Assembly: GCA_047150005.1 (NCBI GenBank)
Contig: AP038806.1
Coordinates: forward strand, 3,584,001-3,648,000
Length of the DNA: 64,000 nt
Origin: Nitrospira sp.
Lineage (GTDB): Bacteria > Nitrospirota > Nitrospiria > Nitrospirales > Nitrospiraceae
Reading direction: 5' to 3'
Shown here: piece after piece, positions 28,079 to 38,298 of the stretch
How positions within the stretch are numbered: the stretch's first letter is position 1
Layout of the letters: the number at the start of each line of letters is the position of its first letter
Program-made: the position numbers and the translations under genes
The notes under the pieces: model-generated
What the model saw: the letters and a program-made list of their open reading frames with translations, nothing else
Databases searched by the model: none
What the model was told of the DNA's origin: nothing

Positions 28079-29934
28079 GGTAATTCCTCCAGCACGCCGC
28101 GCCGCAGCACGGCGATGGCCTTGGACGCACAGTCTGCCAGCTCGGGATGCGTGTTCTTGAGCCCGTGCAGCTGCGAGAGAAACTCCAACGTTCTGGCGAG
28201 CAGCCGGTAGATGTCTCCCTCGGCCATCGTCGTCATCTTGCAGAGACCGATCCATGTGAGGTTCGGATCGCCGATCCATCGTTCAGTCACCGCCGCGATG
28301 TCCGCGCGCAGGAGCGGCGGCTCTTCATAGGGGGCGAGGGATTCGGCCAGTTTCCGGACTTGTCCTAATAACGAGCCCAATCCCGGACTGATCCTTGGAA
28401 ACAGGCCGGGCCGGTCGTCGTCGTGCGCGATGCTCGACATGACCGCCGCCAACAGCGACGGGTCCCCGCCGGTGAAGGCCTCCGCGCGAATCAGCTCGGT
28501 GATGAGGAGCGAATGGTCGATGCGGATGAGGCGAGCCCATTCGCCCGCGTCCGTCAACTGCGCCGTGGCCGTGAGATAGCCGAACTTCTGCAGCGCTTCG
28601 ATCCGTTCCTGAAACCGGTGCCACAGGCTCGTGCGCAACGCTTGAATCGACTTCATGTGCCGTTGCTGTTCCTGCCGCAACTTGGAGGCGTTCGCGTAGT
28701 CCTTTTGGCAGGCGGACCGCGACGGACAGGTCGGACAGGAAAAGTCCCCGAGCGTCTGCACGATCGAGTCGGGGATCGGTTCATCATCCTTCGAGACGAG
28801 AATCGGCAGGATCGGCAGCCGGCCGGGGAGGTCCTTCATCGTGTCCAGCAAGGAATCGAAACTCTCGGGTGTGCACCAGGGATAAGACGGAGACTCCCGG
28901 CATTCCAACACCCGGTCGAAGACATCCGTGACGACGGCGGCGGGGCATTCCGTGATGGCGCCGTCCGGACGGAGCACCGTGACCATGGCGCTCTTCTGAC
29001 CCTTGCTCCGATACTGCCGCAGGACGACTCCGCGAGTCTTGGACAATCCCACCACGCGGCCGGGGCTCAGAAAATGGAACCGTGCCGTCACCTCCGGCGG
29101 CTCGTGCCGTTGAACCGCGGGGCGATGATGTCGCTGCCGACGAACCTGATCGAACATGTGCCATTGGGAGATCCAATCGGTGCACACACGCGGGCCGTAG
29201 GGTTCCATCTGTCGGTGCACGTCGTCCAGCTTCTGCTCGATCGCCTCGGCTCGTTGGTTCAACTGAAATTGCGCGAAGCTCTTGGCGAGGATGGACTGCA
29301 TCTGATCAAGCGGGTGGGCCTTCAGCAGATTGAGGACCATCGGATAGGTGATGACGAACTGGCTGTTGATCGCTTCCGGATGACCGCTGAACCCTTTGGT
29401 GAGCACCCCCAAGTCGATGTAAGGCGACGGCGTCACGATGGCGAACCCGACCAGGTCCTTGCCGCGGCGGCCGGCCCGTCCGGCGATCTGCTGAACTTCT
29501 CCGATCGTCAGGTCGGTGAAGTCGCGCGCCTTGCGGATGCTGGATTGCGTGATGATCACCGTGCGGGCGGGAAAGTCCACGCCGGCCGCCAGGGTCGTCG
29601 TGGCGAACACGGCGTCCAGGCAACCATGCCGCATCAGTTCCTCCACGGCGATCTTCCACGAAGGCAGATGGCCCGCATGATGGGCCGCGACGCCGATGCG
29701 CTGCACCGTGGGGATCAGCGGGTGTTCCGCGATGCTCGGATATTGGGTGATGACCTGTTCCAGCACCTTGGCGATGGCTTCCTGGCGGGCGGGAGGCAAG
29801 AGCGCCTCGGTATGGTCGAAGGCCTGCATCGCCTCGTCGCAGGCGCGGCGGGACGTCAAAAACACGATGGCGGGCGTCAGGTGTTTTTGTCTAAGGGCCG
29901 CGATTAGGTCAACCGGATGAATCGAGGGAGGCAT
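28075..29934 (-). CDS. Ski2/HelY-like SF2 helicase, C-terminal half (RecA2 plus DSHCT-like)
   Basis: PAIVF..SR..CD, HHAGHLP, ATTTLAAGVDFPA, QIAGRAGRRG, EGDIYR. Confidence 0.9.
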   Translation of the reverse strand: MPPSIHPVDLIAALRQKHLTPAIVFLTSRRACDEAMQAFDHTEALLPPARQEAIAKVLEQVITQYPSIAEHPLIPTVQRIGVAAHHAGHLPSWKIAVEELMRHGCLDAVFATTTLAAGVDFPARTVIITQSSIRKARDFTDLTIGEVQQIAGRAGRRGKDLVGFAIVTPSPYIDLGVLTKGFSGHPEAINSQFVITYPMVLNLLKAHPLDQMQSILAKSFAQFQLNQRAEAIEQKLDDVHRQMEPYGPRVCTDWISQWHMFDQVRRQRHHRPAVQRHEPPEVTARFHFLSPGRVVGLSKTRGVVLRQYRSKGQKSAMVTVLRPDGAITECPAAVVTDVFDRVLECRESPSYPWCTPESFDSLLDTMKDLPGRLPILPILVSKDDEPIPDSIVQTLGDFSCPTCPSRSACQKDYANASKLRQEQQRHMKSIQALRTSLWHRFQERIEALQKFGYLTATAQLTDAGEWARLIRIDHSLLITELIRAEAFTGGDPSLLAAVMSSIAHDDDRPGLFPRISPGLGSLLGQVRKLAESLAPYEEPPLLRADIAAVTERWIGDPNLTWIGLCKMTTMAEGDIYRLLARTLEFLSQLHGLKNTHPELADCASKAIAVLRRGVLEELP

Positions 29935-31147
29935 GCAGCTTCATTCCCTTGGAGATCACGACAAGCCCGGATTCCGTGACGGTGAATCGCTGAGCGTCCG
30001 CTTCGCGGTCATAACCGATCTCCGTTTTCGCCGGAATGACGACGTCCTTGTCGATGATGGCGCGACGAATCCGGCTGTGCTCTCCGATTTCGACGTTTTC
30101 CATGATCACGGAGTCGCGGACGTCGGAATGGTCCTGGATCCGGACGTTGGGAGACAGCACGCTGTTCTGAACGCGTCCTCCCGAGATGATACAGCCGCCG
30201 CAGACGATCGAGTCCAACGCCACGCCCATGCGGCCGCCCTGGTAGTTCTGGGCGAAGACGAATTTCGCCGGAGGAAACTGGCCCTGATAGGTGCGAATCG
30301 GCCATTCCTGGTCGTACAGATTGAAGAGCGGGTCTACGGCGACCAGGTCGAGGTTGGCTTCCCAATAGGCGTCGAGCGTTCCGATATCGCGCCAGTACTT
30401 GACCGCCTTCCGGTTGGCGTCCTGAAACTTAAAGGCATAGACCTTCCGATTTGCGAGCATGCTGGGAATGATGTTCTTTCCGAAATCGTGGGCGCCGCCT
30501 TCCTTGGCGTCGGCGATTAACTCCTCGCGCAGACTCTTGGTGCGGAACAGGTAGATCCCCATCGAGCCGAATGCCACGTTCGGATCGTTCGGAATGGGAA
30601 TCGGGTTGGTGGGTTTTTCATCGAAGCGTGTGACCCGATAATCTTCGTCCACCGCCATCACGCCGAACCGGCCGGCGTCCTGAATGGGAATGTCGATGGC
30701 TCCGACCACCACGTCCGCATCCTTCGCGACCAACCAGTGAACCATCTCCATGTAGTTCATCTTATAGATGTGGTCGCCGGCCAAGATGAGCACATATTCG
30801 GCCTGTTCACCGTCCAGGAGAAAGAGATTCTGGTGCACCGCGTCGGCGGTGCCCCGGTACCACTCTTCGCTGATGCGCTGCTGCGGGGGGATCGATGCGA
30901 TATACTCGCCCAATTCGGCGTTCAGGACATCCCATCCGATCCGGATGTGCCGGTCGAGCGAATGGGACTTGTACTGAATCAGCACGGCGACGCGGCGCAA
31001 GCCGGAATTCAAACAATTGCTCAGGGTGAAGTCGATGATGCGATATTTCCCGCCGAACGGGACGGCCGGCTTGGCCCGATGTTCCGTCAAGGGCTTCAGC
31101 CGTTCTCCTTTTCCTCCGGCAAGCACCATCGTGAAGATGCTGTTCAT
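29909..31147 (-). CDS. glgC: Glucose-1-phosphate adenylyltransferase
   Basis: LAGGKGERL.PLT..RAKPAVPFGG.YRIIDF, GTADAV, EKP, DFGK, YWRDIGT. Confidence 0.97.
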   Translation of the reverse strand: MNSIFTMVLAGGKGERLKPLTEHRAKPAVPFGGKYRIIDFTLSNCLNSGLRRVAVLIQYKSHSLDRHIRIGWDVLNAELGEYIASIPPQQRISEEWYRGTADAVHQNLFLLDGEQAEYVLILAGDHIYKMNYMEMVHWLVAKDADVVVGAIDIPIQDAGRFGVMAVDEDYRVTRFDEKPTNPIPIPNDPNVAFGSMGIYLFRTKSLREELIADAKEGGAHDFGKNIIPSMLANRKVYAFKFQDANRKAVKYWRDIGTLDAYWEANLDLVAVDPLFNLYDQEWPIRTYQGQFPPAKFVFAQNYQGGRMGVALDSIVCGGCIISGGRVQNSVLSPNVRIQDHSDVRDSVIMENVEIGEHSRIRRAIIDKDVVIPAKTEIGYDREADAQRFTVTESGLVVISKGMKLHASLDSSG

Positions 31148-31192
31148 GGGCCGATTGTAGCAGGACGCTCGACCAAGTTGAAACCGAATTCG

Positions 31193-31221
31193 TTGACATC
31201 CGGCCACGGGCGGTTGATACT
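31193..31221 (+). promoter_or_regulatory. Sigma-70 promoter
   Basis: TTGACA-N17-GATACT upstream of 31264. Confidence 0.55.
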
Positions 31222-31263
31222 ACGGCTCGTGACTGTGTGAGCGGACCGTGCAAAGGAGCTGAC

Positions 31264-31560
31264 ATGAAGCAGGATGTTGTGATTTCATCTCTCGGGAAGC
31301 GGGCCGCGGCGGCCGGCGCCAAACAATCGGAGGCCACTTCCTTGCAGAACACGCTCTGGCGGCTGGAACGGCTGGAAGCCCAGATGCAGAAACTCTCGGA
31401 ACTGGTGCGTGATCACGCGGAAGACGTCGACCGGCTCGTCCGAATCGTGGCCGAAGACCGCAATACGATCCGCCGCCAATTGCTGAGAAAACATCACGAG
31501 CAGGTCAGAGTCAGAAAACACCTCCGATCGGCCAATGCCAAGGCCGGCTTTGACGAATGA
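31264..31560 (+). CDS. Coiled-coil hypothetical protein
   Basis: AAGGAG RBS; heptad pattern. Confidence 0.7.
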   Translation: MKQDVVISSLGKRAAAAGAKQSEATSLQNTLWRLERLEAQMQKLSELVRDHAEDVDRLVRIVAEDRNTIRRQLLRKHHEQVRVRKHLRSANAKAGFDE

Positions 31561-31675
31561 CAGCCGACCCCGTTCCGGGGCGGTACTCACTCCACCTGAC
31601 AGAGGTCTCTTCTCTTCAGGGCGGCCGAACAGCCTGTCTCTGCCAAGTCTAACCGTCGGTTTCTTCAGAGGTTCT

Positions 31676-31703
31676 TTGCATCGTGCGATAGACACGGTAT
31701 AAT
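31676..31703 (+). promoter_or_regulatory. Putative promoter of the RND operon
   Basis: TTGCAT-N16-TATAAT. Confidence 0.5.
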
Positions 31704-31780
31704 GCCTCATTTTTCAAGGGATGAGCCGCACCCAGGAGCGCCATAGTCCGCATTGACGGGACCTTGCGAGGAGACGGTTC

Positions 31781-33112
31781 GTGTCCGTTGCACCTCTTCG
31801 ACGACGGTTTCTATCCTGGATTCTTCTCGGTTGCAGCATCCTGACCATCAGTTACTCCATGGCCAGTGCGGCACAGCCTACCCAGCCACCTCTCCCTGGG
31901 CCGCCCTCGCCGTCGGAGCCACCCTCAGTCATCCAGCTGAGTCTCAACGAAGCGCTCGCACTGTTCATCAAGCAGAACTTGTCCGTTCTGATCACCAGGT
32001 ACGGCATCGACTACAACAAAGGCCAGGAGATTACGGCGGCGCTCTTCCCCAATCCCGTGGCCTTCATCGGCACGCTGAGCTCCTACACGCAGGGGTTCAA
32101 CCTGAACAACAGCGGCCAGCTCGCCATGATCATGCAGCAGTTGTTCGAGCTGGCCGGTAAACGCGGCTATCGCATCGAGAGCGCCGCGTTCGGAACCCAA
32201 TCCGCGGAAGCCGCGTTCGAGGATGCCCTGCGCCAGCTGGGCTTCACCGTCAAGGACACGTACTACCGCATCCAATTGGCGCAACGCCGGCTCAATCTGG
32301 CCGAGGAGAACCGCGACCGATTCGCCCGCATTCTCGACATCAATACCATCCGTTTTAAGAAGGGTTACATCGCGGAAGTGGACTTGATCCGGATCCGGCT
32401 CCAGATGGTCGATTTTCAATCCCAGGTCATCCAGTCCCTGCAGGAGGCCGAAGTGGCGCGCGGCGACCTGCGGCAACTCTTGAGGCTGTCCCCGAAGACG
32501 ACCATGGAGCTGACCACCGACATGGACTTCCGGCGTATCGATCCGGACATCAACAAACTCCGGGTGACCGCGATCGACCTGCGGCCCGACGTCAAGGCCA
32601 AACGGTTCGCCCAGTCGCAACGGGAGTCCGACCTCCGGCTGGCCAAGGCCTATCGGGTTCCCGATGTCACCGTCGGCGCCGGCTACGAGATTCAAGGGTC
32701 ACGGGGTCCGGACAATCCTCAGCAATGGGTGCTGAATTTCGGGATCCCCATCCCCCTGTTCAACCGGAATCAGGGCGGTATTCGACAAGCCGAGGTCGCG
32801 GTCCAAACCGCGGAAGCGGACTTGAATAAGACGGTAAATCAGGTAGAAAATGAGGTCGAAGTCGCCTATCGAAACTTGATTCAAAGCCGCCGGTTGGTCG
32901 AAGCGTTTGTCGGCGGCATTCTCGACGACGCCCGATCGACCTTGACGATCGTCGAACGTGCGTATGAACGGGGAGGGGCCACTATTCTCGACCTACTCGA
33001 TGCAGCGCGCACCTCCCGCACCATTCAACAGAATTACATCGAGGCCCTCTTCACCTATCAGCACAATCTGTTTCAATTGGAAAGCGCGGTGGGTCAGGAG
33101 ATTCGCTCGTGA
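31781..33112 (+). CDS. czcC: TolC-family outer-membrane factor, CzcC-like
   Basis: PNP, ELAGKR, IPLFNRNQG, LDLLDAAR. Confidence 0.88.
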   Translation: MSVAPLRRRFLSWILLGCSILTISYSMASAAQPTQPPLPGPPSPSEPPSVIQLSLNEALALFIKQNLSVLITRYGIDYNKGQEITAALFPNPVAFIGTLSSYTQGFNLNNSGQLAMIMQQLFELAGKRGYRIESAAFGTQSAEAAFEDALRQLGFTVKDTYYRIQLAQRRLNLAEENRDRFARILDINTIRFKKGYIAEVDLIRIRLQMVDFQSQVIQSLQEAEVARGDLRQLLRLSPKTTMELTTDMDFRRIDPDINKLRVTAIDLRPDVKAKRFAQSQRESDLRLAKAYRVPDVTVGAGYEIQGSRGPDNPQQWVLNFGIPIPLFNRNQGGIRQAEVAVQTAEADLNKTVNQVENEVEVAYRNLIQSRRLVEAFVGGILDDARSTLTIVERAYERGGATILDLLDAARTSRTIQQNYIEALFTYQHNLFQLESAVGQEIRS

Positions 33113-34263
33113 ACTCAGGAAAGGTTTTCTCAACCTTCACCTTAGCCGTAACCTCAGCCTGCGTCCTCTTGTCCGCCTGCGGCCGTGCGGATCAGCCGCC
33201 TCATTCCAACGCCGCCATTCCTCCGAAGGCCGTCACGCAGCCAGTCGATTCAGGACCACGGGTCGAAATCGGCACCGTCGAAATGGGGTCCGGCGAGCAC
33301 GACCTGAGCCTGTCGGGGAAGGTTGCCTACGGAGAGGATCGGTATTCCCGCATTTCCTCGCCCCTGCAGGGACGGGTGGTCGAGGTCCGCGCCCACCTGG
33401 GCGATCGGGTCAAGGCCGGAGACGTCGTTCTGGTGGTGGACAGCCCGGACATTGCCCAGGCCTACTCGGAGTACGTCAAGGAGGATTCCGACCTCCAGTA
33501 CGCGATCCGGGCGCATGAACTGGCGAAAGACCTCTACGAGAACAAGGCCTTGCCGCTGAAGGATCTCAAGCTGACCGAGAACGAGCTGGTCAAGGCCCGT
33601 GCCGAGTTCCGTCGAGCCAAAGAGCGCCTGTTATCCCTCAAGGTTCCCCCGGAAGAGCTGAACAAGCCGTTGGACAAACAGAAGATCACATCGCGGTTCG
33701 AAATGAAGAGCCCGTTGGCCGGCATCGTCGTCGAACGTGCCGTCACGCCGGGTCAGTCCGTCGGCGGCGATCCGGGCCAAGTCCTCTTCACGGTGGCCGA
33801 TCTTGCCATGCTGCAGGTAGTGGCGGATGTCTACGAGCGTGACCTGGCCCTGGTCAAGGAGGGACAGTACGCCAAAGTGATGGTCGAAGCCTATCCGGGC
33901 ATCGCCTTCCCGGCCACGGTCGCAGCCATCGGCGACGTCGTCGATCCGACCACCAGAACCATCAAGCTGCGCGCCTGGGTGAACAATCAGGAGAACAAAC
34001 TCAAGCCGGAAATGTTCGCCCGTCTGGTCCTGCGCGTGGGCGGCACAACCCCGCTTCTGACGATCCCCAGAGAGGCGGTACTCGAGGTCGAGGGCAAACA
34101 GTTCGTCTACCTCGTCGAGGGGGACAACCGGTACGTGAAACGGGAAGTGACCGTCACGCCGATCTCGCCCGACCAGGTTCGCGTCGTAGAGGGTTTGGCC
34201 TCCGGGCAGCGGATCGTCATCAAGGGCGCGGTCCTCATCAAAGGACAGGAAGCCAAAGGATAG
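33109..34263 (+). CDS. czcB: RND periplasmic adaptor, CzcB-like
   Basis: Lipobox LSAC; LGD.VK.G, VDPTTRT, LKPEMF. Confidence 0.9.
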   Translation: MNSGKVFSTFTLAVTSACVLLSACGRADQPPHSNAAIPPKAVTQPVDSGPRVEIGTVEMGSGEHDLSLSGKVAYGEDRYSRISSPLQGRVVEVRAHLGDRVKAGDVVLVVDSPDIAQAYSEYVKEDSDLQYAIRAHELAKDLYENKALPLKDLKLTENELVKARAEFRRAKERLLSLKVPPEELNKPLDKQKITSRFEMKSPLAGIVVERAVTPGQSVGGDPGQVLFTVADLAMLQVVADVYERDLALVKEGQYAKVMVEAYPGIAFPATVAAIGDVVDPTTRTIKLRAWVNNQENKLKPEMFARLVLRVGGTTPLLTIPREAVLEVEGKQFVYLVEGDNRYVKREVTVTPISPDQVRVVEGLASGQRIVIKGAVLIKGQEAKG

Positions 34264-34313
34264 TCGATCTTGCCGACAGCCCCTCGTTCTTCATCGGACA
34301 GCCACCCCTCCAT

Positions 34314-37300
34314 ATGATCGCCCGCATTGTCGAAATCTCCCTGGTCCAACGGTTCCTGCTGTGCACGTTGGGCTTGGCCCTGCTCTTCGGCGGCCTCTAC
34401 GCCTTTCATCTTCTCGACATCGTAGCCTATCCGGACCCGTCTCCCCCCATGGTCGAGCTGATCACTCAGAATCCTGGCTGGTCGTCCGAGGAAATGGAAC
34501 GCCAGATCACGATTCCGATCGAGGTTGCGCTGACCGGCATGCCTGGTCTCAAGGACGTCCGGTCCCTCTCAATCTTCGGCTTGAGCGACATCAAGGTCTA
34601 CTTCGACTTCGGGACGGATATTTTCCGCGACCGGCAGGAGGTGCTGAACCGGCTGATGTCGGTGCAACTGCCGAACGGGGTGCAACCGAGCCTGTCGCCC
34701 TGGTGGGCCATCGCGGAAATCTATCGATACGAGCTGACCGGCTCGGGCACGACGTCGTTGACCGATCTCAAGACGATTCAGGACTGGCAGGTGCGACGCG
34801 AGTTCCGGCGCGTCCCCGGCGTGATCGACGTGACGGCCTTCGGCGGGACGACGAAGGAATACCACATCGACATCGATCCAGGAAAACTGATCTCCTACGG
34901 CGTGAGCCTGTCCCAGGTCATGCAGGCCCTCGCCAACAGCAACGCCAACGTCGGAGGCAACTATCTGACAGTCGGTTCACAAAACTACAATATTCGAGGT
35001 CTCGGACTCATCGACGACCTCAAGGACATCGAAAACGTCATGGTGACGGCCAAGGACGGCACGCCGGTGTTCGTGAAATCGCTCGGCACCGTCTCCATCG
35101 GCCATCGTGTGCGTCTTGGGAAGGTCGGCATCGACGATCGGGACGACGTCGTGGAAGGCGTGGTGCTGCTCCAACGCGGCTACAAGGCCCTGCCAGTCCT
35201 CGACAGCGTCCGAGCCAAGGTGCAGGACCTGAATTCCTGGAAACTGCCGGCAGGGGTGAAGGTCACGACGTTTTATGACCGGACGGCGCTGATCCATACG
35301 ACCGTTGAGACCGTGACGGATATTCTCATCGGCGGCATGGTGCTGGTGTTCCTGATTCTCTTCGTGTTCCTGGGACATTTCCGCGCTGCCCTGATCGTCG
35401 CCCTGACCATCCCCCTCTCGCTGCTGTTCACGTTCAGCATGATGGTCCTGGTCGGCCAATCGGCCAATCTCATCTCGCTCGGCTCGATCGACTTCGGCAT
35501 CATCGTGGACGCCACCCTCATCATGGTGGAAAGCATCTTCTTTCACCTGGCGCATGCGAAGACTCAGAACCTCACGGTCAACCAGCACATCGTACGTGCC
35601 GCACGTCAGGTCGGGCGGCCCATCTTCTTTTCGACGGCGATCATCGTCGTGGCCTTCATTCCGCTGTTCACGATGACGGGAGTACCCGGCAAGATTTTCG
35701 CGCCGATGTCCGTGACATATGGATTCGCCTTGGTCGGGGCCTTGATCATGGCCTTTACCCTCGCGCCCGTCCTCTGTTCGTTTCTGCTGCGGGGACCGCT
35801 CAGCGAAGAGGATACGGCGGTCGTCCGGGTGGTCCGACGCCTGTATCACCGCATTCTCGGCTTCTCGCTCGACCACCGCCTCCTGGTCCTGGGCGTGGCG
35901 GCAAGCCTGCTGTTCCTGACCTTTGTGGCGCTGCAATCCCTTGGCGGGGAGTTCATGCCGGCTCTGGAGGAAGGCAACCTCTGGGTGCGCGCGACGATGC
36001 CGGTGGACATCTCCTTTCAGCAGGCCGCCCGCCTGGCCGGCGACATCCGGGGAATGTTTCGTGACTCACCGGAGGTGACAACCGTCGTCTCGCAGTTGGG
36101 CCGGCCCGATGACGGGACGGACCCGACCAGTTTCTTCAACGCGGAGTTTCTCGCCAACTTGAAGCCGCAAAAGGAATGGCGCTCCGGCCTGGACAAGGAC
36201 GGATTGATCGCGGAAATCGAAGGCCGGCTGCACAAGATCCCAGGGGTCATTTTCAACTTTTCCCAGGTCATCCAGGACAACGTCGAGGAAGCCATGTCGG
36301 GGGTCAAGGGAGAAAACTCGATCAAGCTGTTCGGCCGCGACCTCAAAACCTTGGAATCCAAGGCCGTGGAAATCGAGAGCGTCATGAAGGATATCAAAGG
36401 GGTGAAGGATCTCGGCATTTTCCGACTCGTCGGCCAGCCAAACCTCTTGATCCAAGTGGACCGCGAAACCAGCGCGCGATACGGGCTCCAGGTGGCGGAC
36501 GTCAATGCCGTGGTACAGGCGGCGGTCGGCGGCCAGGCGGTCACGCAGGTCTTTGAAGGCGAACGCCTGATCGATCTAGTGGTGCGGTTCATGCCGGAGT
36601 TCCGCCAAGACGTCGAGTCCATCAGCAACATCCTCGTAAGCACGCCGGACGGCGCGCGCATTCCGTTAAAGCAGCTGGCCACGATCACGTCTCAAACGGG
36701 GGCCTTCATCATTTATCGGGAAAACAACGAGCGTTACATTCCCATCAAATTCAGCGTGCGCGAGCGTGATCTGCAGAGCACGGTGGAAGAAGCCCAGGCC
36801 AGATTGGCGAAAGAGGTGACACTGCCGGAACGGTATCGCATGGAATGGGCAGGGCAATACGATCAGCTGAAGGACGAGCAGAAACGGCTGGTGACCATCG
36901 TGCCGGTCAGTCTGGTGATCATTCTGTTCCTGCTGTATACGACGTTCGACTCGCTGAGAAATGCGTTGTTGGTGCTGGCGACGGTGCCGTTCGCCCTCGT
37001 CGGCGGCGTGCTCTCACTGGTGTTGACGCAGACACACTTCAGTATTTCGGCGGCCGTCGGAGTGATCTCCACCCTGGGTGTGGCGATCCTCGGCGGCGTC
37101 TTGTTGATTTCACGGATCGAAGAATTTCGCATGACCGGCGCAAGTCTTCGGGAAGCGGTCATCAAAGGGGCCGACGTGCAAATGCGGCCGATCCTCATGG
37201 CCACGTTGGGGGCGGCCATCGGATTGCTGCCGGCGGCCATGGCGACAGGGATCGGCTCCCAGGCCCAGAAACCGCTGGCCCGCGTGGTGGTCGGCGGGAT

Positions 37301-37385
37301 GCTGACCGCGGCGTTTTTGATTTTGGTCGTATTACCGGTATTATATGAGTTGGTCCATCGACGATGGAACGACACAGACGAATGA
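34314..37385 (+). CDS. czcA: Heavy-metal efflux RND permease, CzcA/CusA family
   Basis: ANLISLG.IDFGIIVD...MVE, RPILM, GSQAQKPLA.VVVGG. Confidence 0.92.
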   Translation: MIARIVEISLVQRFLLCTLGLALLFGGLYAFHLLDIVAYPDPSPPMVELITQNPGWSSEEMERQITIPIEVALTGMPGLKDVRSLSIFGLSDIKVYFDFGTDIFRDRQEVLNRLMSVQLPNGVQPSLSPWWAIAEIYRYELTGSGTTSLTDLKTIQDWQVRREFRRVPGVIDVTAFGGTTKEYHIDIDPGKLISYGVSLSQVMQALANSNANVGGNYLTVGSQNYNIRGLGLIDDLKDIENVMVTAKDGTPVFVKSLGTVSIGHRVRLGKVGIDDRDDVVEGVVLLQRGYKALPVLDSVRAKVQDLNSWKLPAGVKVTTFYDRTALIHTTVETVTDILIGGMVLVFLILFVFLGHFRAALIVALTIPLSLLFTFSMMVLVGQSANLISLGSIDFGIIVDATLIMVESIFFHLAHAKTQNLTVNQHIVRAARQVGRPIFFSTAIIVVAFIPLFTMTGVPGKIFAPMSVTYGFALVGALIMAFTLAPVLCSFLLRGPLSEEDTAVVRVVRRLYHRILGFSLDHRLLVLGVAASLLFLTFVALQSLGGEFMPALEEGNLWVRATMPVDISFQQAARLAGDIRGMFRDSPEVTTVVSQLGRPDDGTDPTSFFNAEFLANLKPQKEWRSGLDKDGLIAEIEGRLHKIPGVIFNFSQVIQDNVEEAMSGVKGENSIKLFGRDLKTLESKAVEIESVMKDIKGVKDLGIFRLVGQPNLLIQVDRETSARYGLQVADVNAVVQAAVGGQAVTQVFEGERLIDLVVRFMPEFRQDVESISNILVSTPDGARIPLKQLATITSQTGAFIIYRENNERYIPIKFSVRERDLQSTVEEAQARLAKEVTLPERYRMEWAGQYDQLKDEQKRLVTIVPVSLVIILFLLYTTFDSLRNALLVLATVPFALVGGVLSLVLTQTHFSISAAVGVISTLGVAILGGVLLISRIEEFRMTGASLREAVIKGADVQMRPILMATLGAAIGLLPAAMATGIGSQAQKPLARVVVGGMLTAAFLILVVLPVLYELVHRRWNDTDE

Positions 37386-37406
37386 TCTCTGACGAAAGGG
37401 GAACCA

Positions 37407-38204
37407 GTGCGCACCAGAATATGTAACGCCATCACCCGGGCGACTGCGGCGGCTTGTCTTGTCGCACCGCTGGCGGCATTCGCCGTCGAACGGCCCGCGC
37501 CGCTCCCGGTGCAGATGCCCTATGAGATGCCTCCGGCCACCCAGCACTCGCCGGCCGAGACCGTTCCGCAGAATACCAAACCGTTGAGCCCGGAGGAATT
37601 GCAGCGGGCGGAAGCCCTGCTGCCGCTGCTGGAGGGAAAGCAGGAATTCTGGGCTATGGGCGAGTTCGTGCATCTGGGCGAGCCGGCGGTGCCGGTGCTC
37701 GTGAAGGCGCTCACGATGCCGGGTCCCAGAATCCGCTACAACGCGATCGAAACCCTGTCCATGCTGAAGGCGCCGGCCGCCGTCCCGGCGTTGATTACGA
37801 CCGCCAAAGATCCGAACGAGATTCCCCGCGTGCGCGAGCATGCGCTCCGAGTGTCGATTCGACTGGACCCGTCCAAGACGCCCGAAGCGATTCAGGTCAT
37901 GTCGAAGGACCCCAATTCATCGATTCGGAAGACCGCCGCATTCGAAGCTCGGTATGTGAGGGACAAGGCGGTCATCCCGATCCTGATCGACATGATCGCC
38001 GACGATGAGCGCTTCGTGGGGCTGTCGGCCGTGCAGTCTCTCTGGATTCTGACGCGCCACGAAACCGAATTTCACGATTGGGAGACCTCGACCAAAGAGG
38101 ACCGAACGCAGTGGACCAGGGAATGGATCGAATGGTGGAACATCGAAAAAGACTCGTTCCAGCTTCCCGAGCCGAGGCGTCGTTCCGCACCCCAACCAGG
38201 ATGA
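37407..38204 (+). CDS. Exported HEAT-repeat protein
   Basis: Signal peptide; AVP.L...L repeats. Confidence 0.8.
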   Translation: MRTRICNAITRATAAACLVAPLAAFAVERPAPLPVQMPYEMPPATQHSPAETVPQNTKPLSPEELQRAEALLPLLEGKQEFWAMGEFVHLGEPAVPVLVKALTMPGPRIRYNAIETLSMLKAPAAVPALITTAKDPNEIPRVREHALRVSIRLDPSKTPEAIQVMSKDPNSSIRKTAAFEARYVRDKAVIPILIDMIADDERFVGLSAVQSLWILTRHETEFHDWETSTKEDRTQWTREWIEWWNIEKDSFQLPEPRRRSAPQPG

Positions 38205-38298
38205 GGCGCGCCTTGCGGCAGCGAAAATCGCTATGTTATATGTGAAGATCCGACGCGTGGTGTTCCGTGCACGGTGACGAAAGGATGTCCGTCGACTT

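Noticed and set aside
28423..29907. 494-aa plus-strand ORF and similar long antisense ORFs (44398-45570, 48046-49119, 34977-35936)
   Set aside because: Opposite well-supported genes in GC-rich DNA, no motifs
27014..29934. Frameshifted helicase pseudogene
   Set aside because: Halves are in reversed order, each open, the second with its own RBS and coupled start
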